From contig JAHQJS010000004.1 of NCBI GenBank assembly GCA_019057385.1, forward strand, positions 544,001 through 608,000: DNA of 64,000 nucleotides, in the 5' to 3' direction. This DNA comes from Candidatus Borrarchaeum weybense. Lineage in GTDB: Archaea; Asgardarchaeota; Sifarchaeia; Borrarchaeales; Borrarchaeaceae. The translations under genes were made by a program, and so were the position numbers. The notes under the pieces are model-generated. The model made no database searches. It was not told the origin of the DNA and saw only the letters and a list, made by a program, of their open reading frames with translations. The first letter of the stretch is position 1; each line of letters starts with the position of its first letter. Shown here in pieces: positions 39,596 to 49,137 of this stretch.

Positions 39596-40159
39596 TTAAA
39601 GTTTTCCTGCTAGGTCTATACCGGGTGTTAAACCAGGTTCTCCTTCCTTCCATCCGGCAGGAGCAACTTGTCCGGTTTTTTTATGGAATTGTATGGCCTT
39701 GAGAACTCGGATAACTTCGTCCGTATTGCGTGCTATGGGTTCATTGTATATACTGAGCGCTTGTATCATTCCCTCTGGATCGATCCAGAAGATTGCACGA
39801 AGAGCAAATTTTCTGTCCTCGTCGTAAACCCCGTATAGTCTGCTTATTTCACCGTCTGGGTCAGCTAGCATCGGATAGGTAACTTTCTTGACTGTCGGAG
39901 AAACATCGGTCCAGACCTTATGTGAAAACACTGTATCCATGCTGATTGAAAGCACTTCTGCATTGAGTTCTTTAATTTCATTGTATTGATCGGCTACAGC
40001 GCCTAATTCGGTGGGTCAGATGAAGGTAAAATCGGCAGGATAGAACCAGAGAAGAACCCACTTACCGAGGTAGTCCGCGAGGCTAACTTCTTTGATTTCA
40101 TTGTCAATGTATGCTTGCGTCTTAAAGTCAGGTGCTGGCTTTCCAACAATTGCCTCCAT
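39596..40159 (-). CDS. Selenocysteine-containing AhpC/Prx1-type peroxiredoxin (PrxU-like), 187 aa, Sec48
   Basis: ATG 40159 follows AGGTGA; the sequence reads [15 protein letters not shown] with TGA at 40016-40018 in place of the peroxidatic Cys; the frame continues into the 119-aa ORF of the track; a SECIS lies downstream. Confidence 0.93.
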
Positions 40160-40303
40160 TTTTTTCACCTTTTTGGCTGAAACCGTATCTATATAGGCTT
40201 TAAGTCTAATTGTATGCTCTAAAAAAGCAAATTCTTATTTTTAAAGAGCAAACAGACCCCCGCACTGGTCTGACTTTTGAAGCACTTTTAATACAATTTC
40301 TGC

Positions 40304-40343
40304 CATAATGAAAATGATTATCAATATCATTAAATATATAAAA
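40304..40343 (-). promoter_or_regulatory. Overlapping Fur-box-like operators next to a TATA box facing the peroxiredoxin
   Basis: 40304-40322 CATAATGAAAATGATTATC and 40310-40328 GAAAATGATTATCAATATC each match GATAATGATAATCATTATC at 16/19; minus-strand TTTTATATA at 40335-40343. Confidence 0.7.
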
Positions 40344-40650
40344 TTAACGGATTCAATTCTAAAAGGCCCATCCATCTAATTCAGAAATTTTTCAAAGACG
40401 AGTAATCATCATAAAGAGGCTTAAAAAGCATAGAATTATGCACATAAAGGCAGTTCAAATGGCTCCCGAAAGCACAAGTGGTCTAGCGCACATTTTTCTA
40501 AGAGTGCAACAGTGCTCAATATTGAAGACAACTGGTAACTCGATGAGGGCTTACGGTTCGATAATTTCTGATAGCATAAAAAAAACGAAAATTCACTCGT
40601 AAACCGCTACCATACATTCTTAAGAGTAATAGAGTTTATTATCTTTCAGA

Positions 40651-41127
40651 GTGAGGAAAATGCAATTGCAGAAAAGAAAAAAGGATTTAAATCTCATAAT
40701 ATCTGAGTCTCACTTAAAAGAAAAACTTAAGGAAAGAAATCTACGTTTAACGAAAGCACGAAAAATTATCCTTGAAGAAGTAAAAAAGGCACGGTCTCAT
40801 CCAAGTGCGTATGATATTTGTGTAAAAGTTAGAGAGCGGTTTCCGAACATCGGAATTGCTACGGTCTATCGTAATTTGAAGCTTTTTAAAGAATTAGGCC
40901 TTATTTTTGAGTTAGAATATACTGGGGAACAAGGTAGGTTCGATAGTGGTTCTCCAGATCATTCTCATTTTATTTGTGAGAGGTGTGGAGAGGTTTTCGA
41001 CCTTGAAGATCCCATTGATAAAACACTTGAGGTAACATTTGAAAAACGTATTGGTGCAAAATTTACACACCATAGAGTAGAATTCTATGGACTTTGCAAA
41101 GTATGCAGGTCTACTAAGCGCGCATAG
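40651..41127 (+). CDS. Fur-family regulator, PerR-like
   Basis: HPSA, ATVYRNL, RFD...HSHFICERC...D, CKVC motifs; the exact start is uncertain. Confidence 0.9.
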   Translation: MRKMQLQKRKKDLNLIISESHLKEKLKERNLRLTKARKIILEEVKKARSHPSAYDICVKVRERFPNIGIATVYRNLKLFKELGLIFELEYTGEQGRFDSGSPDHSHFICERCGEVFDLEDPIDKTLEVTFEKRIGAKFTHHRVEFYGLCKVCRSTKRA

Positions 41128-41194
41128 ACATTGATTTTTCCAATTTTTTCTCTTTAAGATATACTAAATTCTTTCATTACAAATAACTAAGCAA

Positions 41195-41228
41195 GAAAGC
41201 ACCACCGCTTTAGCGTGAGGTAGTTCAC
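41195..41228 (+). mobile_element. IS200/IS605 right-end remnant
   Basis: GAAAGCACCACCGCTTTAGCGTGAGGTAGTTCAC, the classic GAAGC..CGCTTTAGCG..TAGTTCAC end; it overlaps the thiolase stop codon. Confidence 0.6.
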
Positions 41229-42475
41229 CTTTTATAGATGTGAACAACTGCAGTGCTTCCGGATCCTCCTACATTATGTGTCAATCCAATTTCAACGTTT
41301 GATACCTGACGTTCCCCAGCTTCATCACGTAATTGCTTAAATATCTCAACAGTTTGTGCAACTCCGCTAGCACCAACCGGATGTCCCTTACTCTTGAGCC
41401 CACCTGATGTATTGATAGGCAGATCGCCGTCTAAGGCGGTTCTTCCTTCCAAAGTTACTCTTCCTCCAGTTCCTTTCTCAAAAAAGCCCAGATCTTCTAT
41501 TGCCAGAATCTCAGCGATAGTGAAACAATCGTGTACTTCAGCAATTTTGATATCCTGAGGTCCAAGACCAGCCATTTGATAAGCCTGTTGACTTGCTACC
41601 CTAGCAGCTCTCAGAGAGGTCATAGTATCTCGATCATCTAAAGAAAATGCATCACTACCCTGACCACTACCTATTACCCAGATAGGTGTATCTGTATACT
41701 TTTTAGCTACCTCTTCAGATGCTAAAAAGACACATGCCGCCCCGTCTGTGATCAATGAGCAATCAAACAATCGTAATGGATATGCAATCATAGGATTTGA
41801 ACTACTTTTCAGAAATTCATATTCATCAGCCCAACTTGGAACAGTTTGACCCTTTTGTTTTGCTCTTTCAATGCGTTTGTTCATGATGTCCGTGATGGTG
41901 TTTTGCATTTGCGCCTTTGGATTAAGCGCACCGTTTGCATGGTTCTTAATTGATACTGCCATTAATTGTTCCTCTGTTGTACCGAACTTTGCCATATGTG
42001 CTGTGGCCATAGTTGCATATAGACCAGGGAACGTAGCTCCAGCTAAAACTTCTGAGTGCGTGTCGCTTGCTGCTGCTAAGGCATCTGTCACTTCAGTCGT
42101 CGTCAAGTTTGTCATCTTTTCTGTGCCACCGATACATACAATATCGTATTCACCAGAGGCAATAGCTAGAACACCAAGTCTTAAGGCTACACCACTACTG
42201 GCACATGCATCTTCGATCCTCATTGCAGCCTTTGGAGTGAGTCCAACTAGATCCGCCATAAGCGGAGCAGTATGCGTCTGTTTTTCGAAAAGGTCAGATG
42301 AATAATTGCCTAAAAAGAGGGCTTCAACGTCCTTCACATCAATGTCATTATCCACTGATTTTTTTGAGTCCAAAAAAGCTTCTACCCAAAGTTCTCGGTT
42401 CGTCTTTCTATCAAATCTACCAAATTTACTCATTCCTGCTCCAATAACTGCTACATTTCGAAAAAGTTTTCCCAT
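41225..42475 (-). CDS. Archaeal/SCP2-type thiolase
   Basis: EDACASSG, DCSLITDGA, HDCF, GHPVGASG, HNVGG motifs. Confidence 0.93.
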   Translation of the reverse strand: MGKLFRNVAVIGAGMSKFGRFDRKTNRELWVEAFLDSKKSVDNDIDVKDVEALFLGNYSSDLFEKQTHTAPLMADLVGLTPKAAMRIEDACASSGVALRLGVLAIASGEYDIVCIGGTEKMTNLTTTEVTDALAAASDTHSEVLAGATFPGLYATMATAHMAKFGTTEEQLMAVSIKNHANGALNPKAQMQNTITDIMNKRIERAKQKGQTVPSWADEYEFLKSSSNPMIAYPLRLFDCSLITDGAACVFLASEEVAKKYTDTPIWVIGSGQGSDAFSLDDRDTMTSLRAARVASQQAYQMAGLGPQDIKIAEVHDCFTIAEILAIEDLGFFEKGTGGRVTLEGRTALDGDLPINTSGGLKSKGHPVGASGVAQTVEIFKQLRDEAGERQVSNVEIGLTHNVGGSGSTAVVHIYKR

Positions 42476-42514
42476 GTTGTTTCCCTCATAAAAAATCGAA
42501 TTTTCTGTTACACA

Positions 42515-43300
42515 TCAATTTCCTGCAAAGTTTGGTTTTCTCTTATCAAATAGTGCTTGAATTCCTTCTCTGAGGTCTTCGGTCTCAAAACATTTCTTTT
42601 CTGCTTCGAGTTCATGTTTGTATCCTTCTTCAATATTTCCTTCAAAAGAAACATTTGTAGCTGCTTTTGCTAATTGCACCGCAATAGGTGCGTTGTTTGC
42701 TATTTTTTCTGCGATCTTGTTAGCCGACGGGATTAATTCGTCGAAAGTTACAACCTTATTAACCAGCCCTAGACGTTCTGCATCTTTTGCCGAAATATGA
42801 TTTCCCGTTAAAATAAGTTCTTTTGCTCTTCCTAGTCCTATCACTTTTGGCAGTCTTTGTGTTGCGCCCCAGCCAGGTATGAGTCCTACTCCAACTTCAG
42901 GAGTTCCTAATTTTGCATTCTCAGAAGCAATCCTAATATCACAAGCGAGGGCTAACTCTAAACCGCCACCAAGAGCGAATCCATTAATCGCCGCAATGAA
43001 AGGTTTTTTCATAGTCTCAATTTTTCGCATAAGCATTTGTCCTTTTTCGATAAATTGTGCAAATTCCTCTTTGGTGGAGTTTTTAATTCCAGCCAAATCT
43101 GCACCAGTACAAAAGGCTCTCTCTCCTTCACCTGTTATTATTACAACTTTTACTCTCCCATCGTTCCCTATTTCGTCTAGCAAATTGTCAAATTTGTCTA
43201 TCACATCTTTATTAAAAGCATTGAGAGCATTTGGCCTATTAATCGTAATAATTCCTATTTTATCTACCGCTTCATATTTCAGTGAGTTCAATATAATCAC
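42515..43300 (-). CDS. Enoyl-CoA hydratase (crotonase)
   Basis: AFCTGADL, ALGGGLE, PEVGVG, PGWGATQRL motifs. Confidence 0.93.
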   Translation of the reverse strand: MIILNSLKYEAVDKIGIITINRPNALNAFNKDVIDKFDNLLDEIGNDGRVKVVIITGEGERAFCTGADLAGIKNSTKEEFAQFIEKGQMLMRKIETMKKPFIAAINGFALGGGLELALACDIRIASENAKLGTPEVGVGLIPGWGATQRLPKVIGLGRAKELILTGNHISAKDAERLGLVNKVVTFDELIPSANKIAEKIANNAPIAVQLAKAATNVSFEGNIEEGYKHELEAEKKCFETEDLREGIQALFDKRKPNFAGN

Positions 43301-43466
43301 CTATCACGCTTGTATAGAACTTTGATAACTTTCTTAACTTCACCTCATGTGCCTTTATTTAATAAAAGTTTGATGTAGAACTATCCCCTCAAATGAAACT
43401 TAAAATAGCTTTTTCTCATAGACACAAAATGTTTGTGATTTCGTTAAAAAAAAGAAAAGATGATTG

Positions 43467-43934
43467 TTACATCCTACCTTTTAGGAAGAATAGAATCGAA
43501 TTAAGTAAGCCAGCTATTGTGCCGCCGTAAAAGCCTGGTTCGAACCACCATTCATAATAACTGTATGCAGCCGCAAATGCTGCACCGCCTATAAGCGTAA
43601 TAATCAAGGTAAAGACTGCAAAAAAGATACCCCATCTTGAAAAGTTTGCTGGCAGAAACTGAGAAAGTATAGTCTCAGGCCACAACTCATTCACGCATAT
43701 CACAATTTGTCCCAGCAGAAGTAACATAGCAAGAATAATCGCCGTTCTATCAACTGCGGTTGCATATTCACAGGTTAAGCAGGAATAACGGTACCCTTTA
43801 TAATAGCCTGTTAAATAAAATCCTGCAAAACGCGTAAAGGTAACAAGAATAAATCCTATTATACTCAGTACAAGAATAATTAACGAATACATCCTTTGTG
43901 ACGCAAATCCTAAATTTGAGTTCGAGTCTGACAA
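43467..43934 (-). CDS. Hypothetical 4-TM membrane protein
   Basis: Hydrophobic segments; GGGAGG upstream of the TTG start. Confidence 0.7.
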   Translation of the reverse strand: MSDSNSNLGFASQRMYSLIILVLSIIGFILVTFTRFAGFYLTGYYKGYRYSCLTCEYATAVDRTAIILAMLLLLGQIVICVNELWPETILSQFLPANFSRWGIFFAVFTLIITLIGGAAFAAAYSYYEWWFEPGFYGGTIAGLLNSILFFLKGRM

Positions 43935-44085
43935 ATTTAATCCTCCCTAAGACTTCTGAATTAAAAATATATGTATCTATTTGCTAATATAAAAAAAATT
44001 GGTATAGGCTAGATTCTGATGCTTATTGTTAAAGAATGTATTAAACGGAAAAAAGAACTATGACCAAGCAAAACGCCAAGTCGAC

Positions 44086-45546
44086 TCACTCTTTGAATTC
44101 TGGAAATGCTTCAAATGGTTCGATGCCCGCAAGTACTTTTGCGATTTTCTTTCGTGTTTCCCAATCGTATCCTCTATTAATTGTGATTCGTTGCGCTTCT
44201 GGTGATCCACCGCCATGGCATGATGCAACCATGAGCCAGCCTGCGAATCCATGAGCCGTTAAGTCTTCCACTAGTTTGAATGCTTTCATTCTGTCTTCAG
44301 AAGGAATTTCTGCTTTTCCTTTCATGTATTTTTCGAGGTCAGGGCGTGTTTCAGGGTTTTCAAAGTCTGCGCCTGAGGGACAGGTAACCGCAAATCCTCC
44401 GGCGATATCATGGACGCGATAAATCTCTTCGTATATGTGAGTTCCCGCGATATACTTGCCAATATTGACATAAGTAATATCAGGGATATATGTGCCAGGC
44501 CCCATTGGTTTACCTCTGACTGACCCTGTAATTCCGCATGCATACATCTGTTCTGCTGTGCATGCTAAATCTGTAAGTTTTCCTTGTATGTGAGATGCAT
44601 GGTCTACGCCATTATATTCTGCAATTAATGCTGCAGTTCCTGAGAGCATGTCCGTGACCGCTGGCTTGCAACCACAGTAGGAATGTCGATGATAAACCCC
44701 AAATCCCTCGGCTACTTGACCTGCGAGCTCCCACTCTCCTGCCATAAACACGCGATTCCATGGGACAAATACATCCTGCAAGATTGTTAAAGTCTCTGTA
44801 ACACCCCATCTTTGTCCGAAGGGACGGTCCATTTTACTTGTTCTTTTTGGAACAGTTGAACGTGCAATGAATTTCATGCCCTCAGCATCCACAGGTAACG
44901 CAAATGCAACGGCATAATCTTTATCTTCTTTTCTCATTGCGCGTGTAGGCAAGAAAATTATATCATTGGCAGGAATAGCCGCAGTGGTGTGGCATTTGGC
45001 TCCTCTAACGGTGATCCCTTCGTCATTTCTATCAACAATTCGAACATAAAGGTCTGGGTCTGCTTGATCTGCGGGTCTTAACTTTCTATCGCCCTTTACA
45101 TCCGTCATCGCCCCTGTGGCACAAACATCCTCTTTTTGAAACCATTTCATATATTCAATGAAATTATCATAATAATTTGTTCCATATTTCTTGTCAGAAA
45201 GCCAAGTTGTTATTGACAGCGTGTTAAGGGCATCTATGGCCATACATCTTTGAATGCAACAGCAATATCGTGCGTATAATCTAGTCATTTGGACTTTTTT
45301 CACTAAATCCTCGTTCGATTGCTGTATGTGAGTGAACCGATTAATTTTTTCACCAGTGAGATGTGATGTGGCGGTTGTCAGATGTTCATATCTTGGATCT
45401 CGTGCTAATTCGTAGGTGAACGCTAATACATCGATTTGAGGCTTGAGTAGTGGATGATTTATGCGATCTTCTATTTTTTCACCAAACATGTAAATCTCAG
45501 GTTTCTGTTTTTTTAGGCTTTCAATATACTCTCCTTTTGTTTTCAA
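44086..45546 (-). CDS. 4-hydroxybutyryl-CoA dehydratase (AbfD)/HpaB-family FAD-[4Fe-4S] protein
   Basis: CIQRC, MTDVKGDR, RGAKCH, YHRHSYCGCK, HGGGSPEAQR motifs. Confidence 0.85.
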   Translation of the reverse strand: MKTKGEYIESLKKQKPEIYMFGEKIEDRINHPLLKPQIDVLAFTYELARDPRYEHLTTATSHLTGEKINRFTHIQQSNEDLVKKVQMTRLYARYCCCIQRCMAIDALNTLSITTWLSDKKYGTNYYDNFIEYMKWFQKEDVCATGAMTDVKGDRKLRPADQADPDLYVRIVDRNDEGITVRGAKCHTTAAIPANDIIFLPTRAMRKEDKDYAVAFALPVDAEGMKFIARSTVPKRTSKMDRPFGQRWGVTETLTILQDVFVPWNRVFMAGEWELAGQVAEGFGVYHRHSYCGCKPAVTDMLSGTAALIAEYNGVDHASHIQGKLTDLACTAEQMYACGITGSVRGKPMGPGTYIPDITYVNIGKYIAGTHIYEEIYRVHDIAGGFAVTCPSGADFENPETRPDLEKYMKGKAEIPSEDRMKAFKLVEDLTAHGFAGWLMVASCHGGGSPEAQRITINRGYDWETRKKIAKVLAGIEPFEAFPEFKE

Positions 45547-45745
45547 AGTCTTGCCTCCAAAATATGTAGGTGAACTAGTTTAGAAGATGCGATTAAAAAA
45601 CCTATTCTTTCGGTCAAATATGAGCATAGCTGTTGCTTGAGCTATGTTTTTTTATACAAAGAGGCATAAAAGAACCTTGCAGTTAGTCTTGTTGTTGTAG
45701 TTTAACCCTCAAACGATATTTGTAATTGATTACCGAGGTGTCTCT

Positions 45746-46516
45746 ATGAGTGAAAGGCTCAAAGATAAAATTGCGATTGTTACAGGGAGTTCAACAGGAA
45801 TTGGTAAGGCGATTGCATTAGCTTTTGCTAAAGAAGGTGCGATAGTGGTTACAAATTCGAGAAAATTGGAAAGAGCAGAAACTACAGCCAAAGAAATCAG
45901 AATTATGGGACGACAAGCACATACTATTGAAGCAGATCTCACAAAAACGTCTGATATAGATTATCTTATTGATACAACAATTGAAAAGTTAGACAGAATT
46001 GATATTCTCGTAAATAATGCCGGAATTGCGATGATTTCGCCAACTGAGGATCTTTCAGAGCATGACTGGGATCGAGCCGTAACTATTGATCTCAAAGCAA
46101 CCTTTCTTTGTTCTCAAAAAGCGGCTAAACGCGCTATGATACCTCAAAAACGCGGTGTGATCATTAACATCAGCTCAATTTTGGGCAACGTTGGTTTGCC
46201 CATGCGGGCTGCTTATTGTGCTGCAAAAGCAGGGGTAAATGCGCTTACTCAGGTTATGGGTAGTGAATGGGCTAAATATAATATACGGGTAGTTGCTATT
46301 GGACCTGGCTATATATTGACTGAGATGGAGCAGCAATCGCTTGACAAAGGTGATTATACTACTGAACATATTCTTAATCGGGTGCCTATGAAACGGTATG
46401 GTAAACTTGAGGAGGTAGCAAACACTGCGGTATTTTTGGCTTCAGATGATGCCAGTTACATTACAGGAGAAATAGTTTACGTAGATGGTGCAATGAGCGC
46501 AACTGGTGGGTGGTAA
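45746..46516 (+). CDS. Classical short-chain dehydrogenase/reductase (paralog 1)
   Basis: TGSSTGIG, NNAG, YCAAK motifs. Confidence 0.93.
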   Translation: MSERLKDKIAIVTGSSTGIGKAIALAFAKEGAIVVTNSRKLERAETTAKEIRIMGRQAHTIEADLTKTSDIDYLIDTTIEKLDRIDILVNNAGIAMISPTEDLSEHDWDRAVTIDLKATFLCSQKAAKRAMIPQKRGVIINISSILGNVGLPMRAAYCAAKAGVNALTQVMGSEWAKYNIRVVAIGPGYILTEMEQQSLDKGDYTTEHILNRVPMKRYGKLEEVANTAVFLASDDASYITGEIVYVDGAMSATGGW

Positions 46517-46581
46517 CAACACTAACTGACTTATAGTTTAATATTTACACGATACATTTGATTGATGGATGGTGTGTTTCA

Positions 46582-47352
46582 GTGAGTGAGAAACTCAAAG
46601 ATAAAATAGCGATTGTTACGGGAAGTTCATTAGGAATTGGTAAGGCGATTGCATTAGCTTTTGCCAAACAAGGTGCAATTGTAGTTACAAATTCAAGAAA
46701 ATTAGAAAGAGCAGAAGTCACAGCCAGTGAAATCAGGCATCTGGGACGACAAGCACATGCTATTGAAGCAGATCTTACAAAATCGACCGATGTAGACCAT
46801 TTAATCGATACAACTATTGAGCATTTCGGGAGGATTGATATCCTTGTAAATAATGCTGGAATCGCGATGATTGTGCCGACAGAAGACCTTTCAGAGCATG
46901 ACTGGGATCGTGCAATAGATATCGACCTTAAGGCGACTTTTCTGTGCTCGCAGAAGGCTGCTAAGCGTGCTATGATTCCGCAAAGGAGTGGTGTTATCAT
47001 CAACATCAGCTCGATCCTAGCCAAAACCGCCTTACCTATGCGTGCCGCTTATTGTGCCTCAAAAGCTGGAGTAATGGCACTCACTCAAGTTATGGGATGT
47101 GAATGGGCAAAATACAGAATCCGCGTTGTTGCAATCGGTCCCGGTTATATATTGACGGAGTTAGTACAACAGTCGATTGATACCGGTGTCTTTAATGCTG
47201 AAACTCTTATCGATAGGACACCGATGAAACGCCTTGGTAAGCTTGACGAAATTGCGAATTTGGCAGTATTTTTAGCTTCTGATGATGCGGGTTACATTAC
47301 AGGAGAGATAATATATGTAGACGGCGGTATGACAGCAACTGGAGGCTGGTAA
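46582..47352 (+). CDS. Classical short-chain dehydrogenase/reductase (paralog 2, tandem duplicate)
   Basis: TGSSLGIG, NNAG, YCASK; highly similar to the upstream copy; GTG start chosen by alignment. Confidence 0.93.
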   Translation: MSEKLKDKIAIVTGSSLGIGKAIALAFAKQGAIVVTNSRKLERAEVTASEIRHLGRQAHAIEADLTKSTDVDHLIDTTIEHFGRIDILVNNAGIAMIVPTEDLSEHDWDRAIDIDLKATFLCSQKAAKRAMIPQRSGVIINISSILAKTALPMRAAYCASKAGVMALTQVMGCEWAKYRIRVVAIGPGYILTELVQQSIDTGVFNAETLIDRTPMKRLGKLDEIANLAVFLASDDAGYITGEIIYVDGGMTATGGW

Positions 47353-47397
47353 AGTCTTTTCCTCTTAGAAAAAAAGGAAAATACTCACATCTAATTC

Positions 47398-47877
47398 TTA
47401 AGCCAAATTCTCTAAAGATTTTTCGATTTCTTCGTAAGGGGGCTCAATTTTTGGATTCTCTGATACCCATGTGTATCTTACAATCCCTTCTTTGTCAATA
47501 ACAAAGACGGCACGCATTGCAACTGTATATCCTTTGAGCCCTGCAAAGTCTTTAGATTCAAGACCATAAAGTCGTGTTACTTCTCTATTATAATCATTTA
47601 GCAAAGGAAATTCGAGTAAGTTTGCCCCTGCAAAAGCCCTGTTCGTGAAGGGATCATTTACACTTATTCCGAGAACTTGAGCGTTTAGATCGTTAAATCT
47701 TGATAGAGAATCTTGAAAGGTACAGAGAGATTTTTGACAGGTTGACGTAAATGCTCCTGGGTAAAAGTATAAAACAACATTTTTGCCACGAAAACCACTT
47801 AATCTTTGAGGTTTTAACTCGGTGTCGGGTAGAGTGAAATCAGGAGCTTCCTGATCAACTTTTATTTTAGGATTCAT
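47398..47877 (-). CDS. Cys-type peroxiredoxin (BCP/AhpE-like)
   Basis: [16 protein letters not shown] motif; RAVFVID. Confidence 0.9.
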   Translation of the reverse strand: MNPKIKVDQEAPDFTLPDTELKPQRLSGFRGKNVVLYFYPGAFTSTCQKSLCTFQDSLSRFNDLNAQVLGISVNDPFTNRAFAGANLLEFPLLNDYNREVTRLYGLESKDFAGLKGYTVAMRAVFVIDKEGIVRYTWVSENPKIEPPYEEIEKSLENLA

Positions 47878-48007
47878 TTATTTTAAAACCCCTCGCAGAT
47901 TACTGTTAATAACTCGTTTAGTTAAACTATAAAGACGTTTCCAAATGGGAAAAAGTATTCTTTTTAAATGAGAAAAAAGCATGCGTTTACTAATTCAGGT
48001 GATCAAT

Positions 48008-49009
48008 ATGAAGATGGTCTTTTATGAAGTTGAGCCGTGGCAAGAAGAGTACTTGCAAAAAACCCTTGAAGGACATGAGTTATATTTCTACGAAAATTGC
48101 CTTAGTTCTCCTGATGTCGTAGAAGTCGATGAAGTTGGCGATGCAGAGGTTCTCTCTACGATGGGAAGAGGACACCATCCGAACAAAGCGGCTTTGGATC
48201 GTTTTTCGAATCTCAAATTTATAGCACTCAGATGTACCGGATTCGATCATGTCGACCTAAAAGAATGTAAGAGACGTAATATACCCGTGAGTAATGTTCC
48301 AGCCTACGGTGATAATACAGTAGCTGAGCAAGGATTTTGTTTATTATTGGCATTGATGCGGCGATTCCCTCAATATAATTCAATGGTTGCTGCTGAAGAT
48401 TTCTCTGTTGGGCCGATAGGATTTGATCTGAAAGGGAAGACTCTAGGAATAGTTGGTGCTGGTCGTATTGGACTCTATGCTATCAAAATCGGACGCGGAT
48501 TTGGAATGGACGTACTTGCATATGATATTATCTTTAATGATTTTGCTCGCGAAACGCTTGGATACGAATATGTATCTCTTGAAGAACTGTTGAAAAACTC
48601 GGATGTAATCTCTCTGCATGCACCATACAATAAATACACACATCATATGATCAACAAGGACAACATTAGACTGATTAAACCAGGTGCTGTCCTTGTTAAT
48701 ACGGCCCGTGGTGCAATTATAGAGCTTGGAGCTCTCAAACAGGCATTGGAAGAAGGAATCTTTGGTGGAGCGGCTTTAGATGTTATTGAAGGAGAGGAAT
48801 TGCTTTTAAAAGATCGAACACAACTTTCTCAAGAGGAAACAGAGATTTTGGAACAAGTTTTGAGCATTGTGCGGCGCGACAATGTTGTTTTCACTCCGCA
48901 TATCGCTTACTATACAAAAGAGGCGGCGGAAAGAATTCTAGACACAACGATTGCTAATATAAAAGCGTTTGTAGAAGGACATCCCCAAAATGTGGTTTCA
49001 AAAACATAA
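48008..49009 (+). CDS. D-isomer-specific 2-hydroxyacid dehydrogenase (D-lactate dehydrogenase-like)
   Basis: RCTGFD, NVPAY, GAGRIG, NTARG, TPHIAYYT motifs. Confidence 0.9.
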   Translation: MKMVFYEVEPWQEEYLQKTLEGHELYFYENCLSSPDVVEVDEVGDAEVLSTMGRGHHPNKAALDRFSNLKFIALRCTGFDHVDLKECKRRNIPVSNVPAYGDNTVAEQGFCLLLALMRRFPQYNSMVAAEDFSVGPIGFDLKGKTLGIVGAGRIGLYAIKIGRGFGMDVLAYDIIFNDFARETLGYEYVSLEELLKNSDVISLHAPYNKYTHHMINKDNIRLIKPGAVLVNTARGAIIELGALKQALEEGIFGGAALDVIEGEELLLKDRTQLSQEETEILEQVLSIVRRDNVVFTPHIAYYTKEAAERILDTTIANIKAFVEGHPQNVVSKT

Positions 49010-49137
49010 GAACGCGAATATTATCTTATCTCATACGTCAGAACTCCTCTAGATACAAAACTTATTTAAAATCACTTTGTAAAGGTAGAGCATACTTTAC
49101 TATTCTTTTTGTCCTATGATTTTATGTTTCATCAAAG

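Noticed and set aside
39596-39955. 119-aa ORF read as a truncated peroxiredoxin or pseudogene
   Set aside because: The upstream frame is intact apart from one UGA at the catalytic position, and a SECIS follows, so Sec read-through explains it better.
40241-40306. 21-codon minus-strand uORF (MAEIVLKVLQKSDQCGGLFAL) upstream of the peroxiredoxin
   Set aside because: Too short and without recognisable features; cannot be distinguished from chance.
44086-45546. Evidence for an autotrophic 4-hydroxybutyrate carbon-fixation cycle
   Set aside because: No carboxylase or succinyl-CoA reductase genes are in the window, and the AbfD-like protein is atypical.
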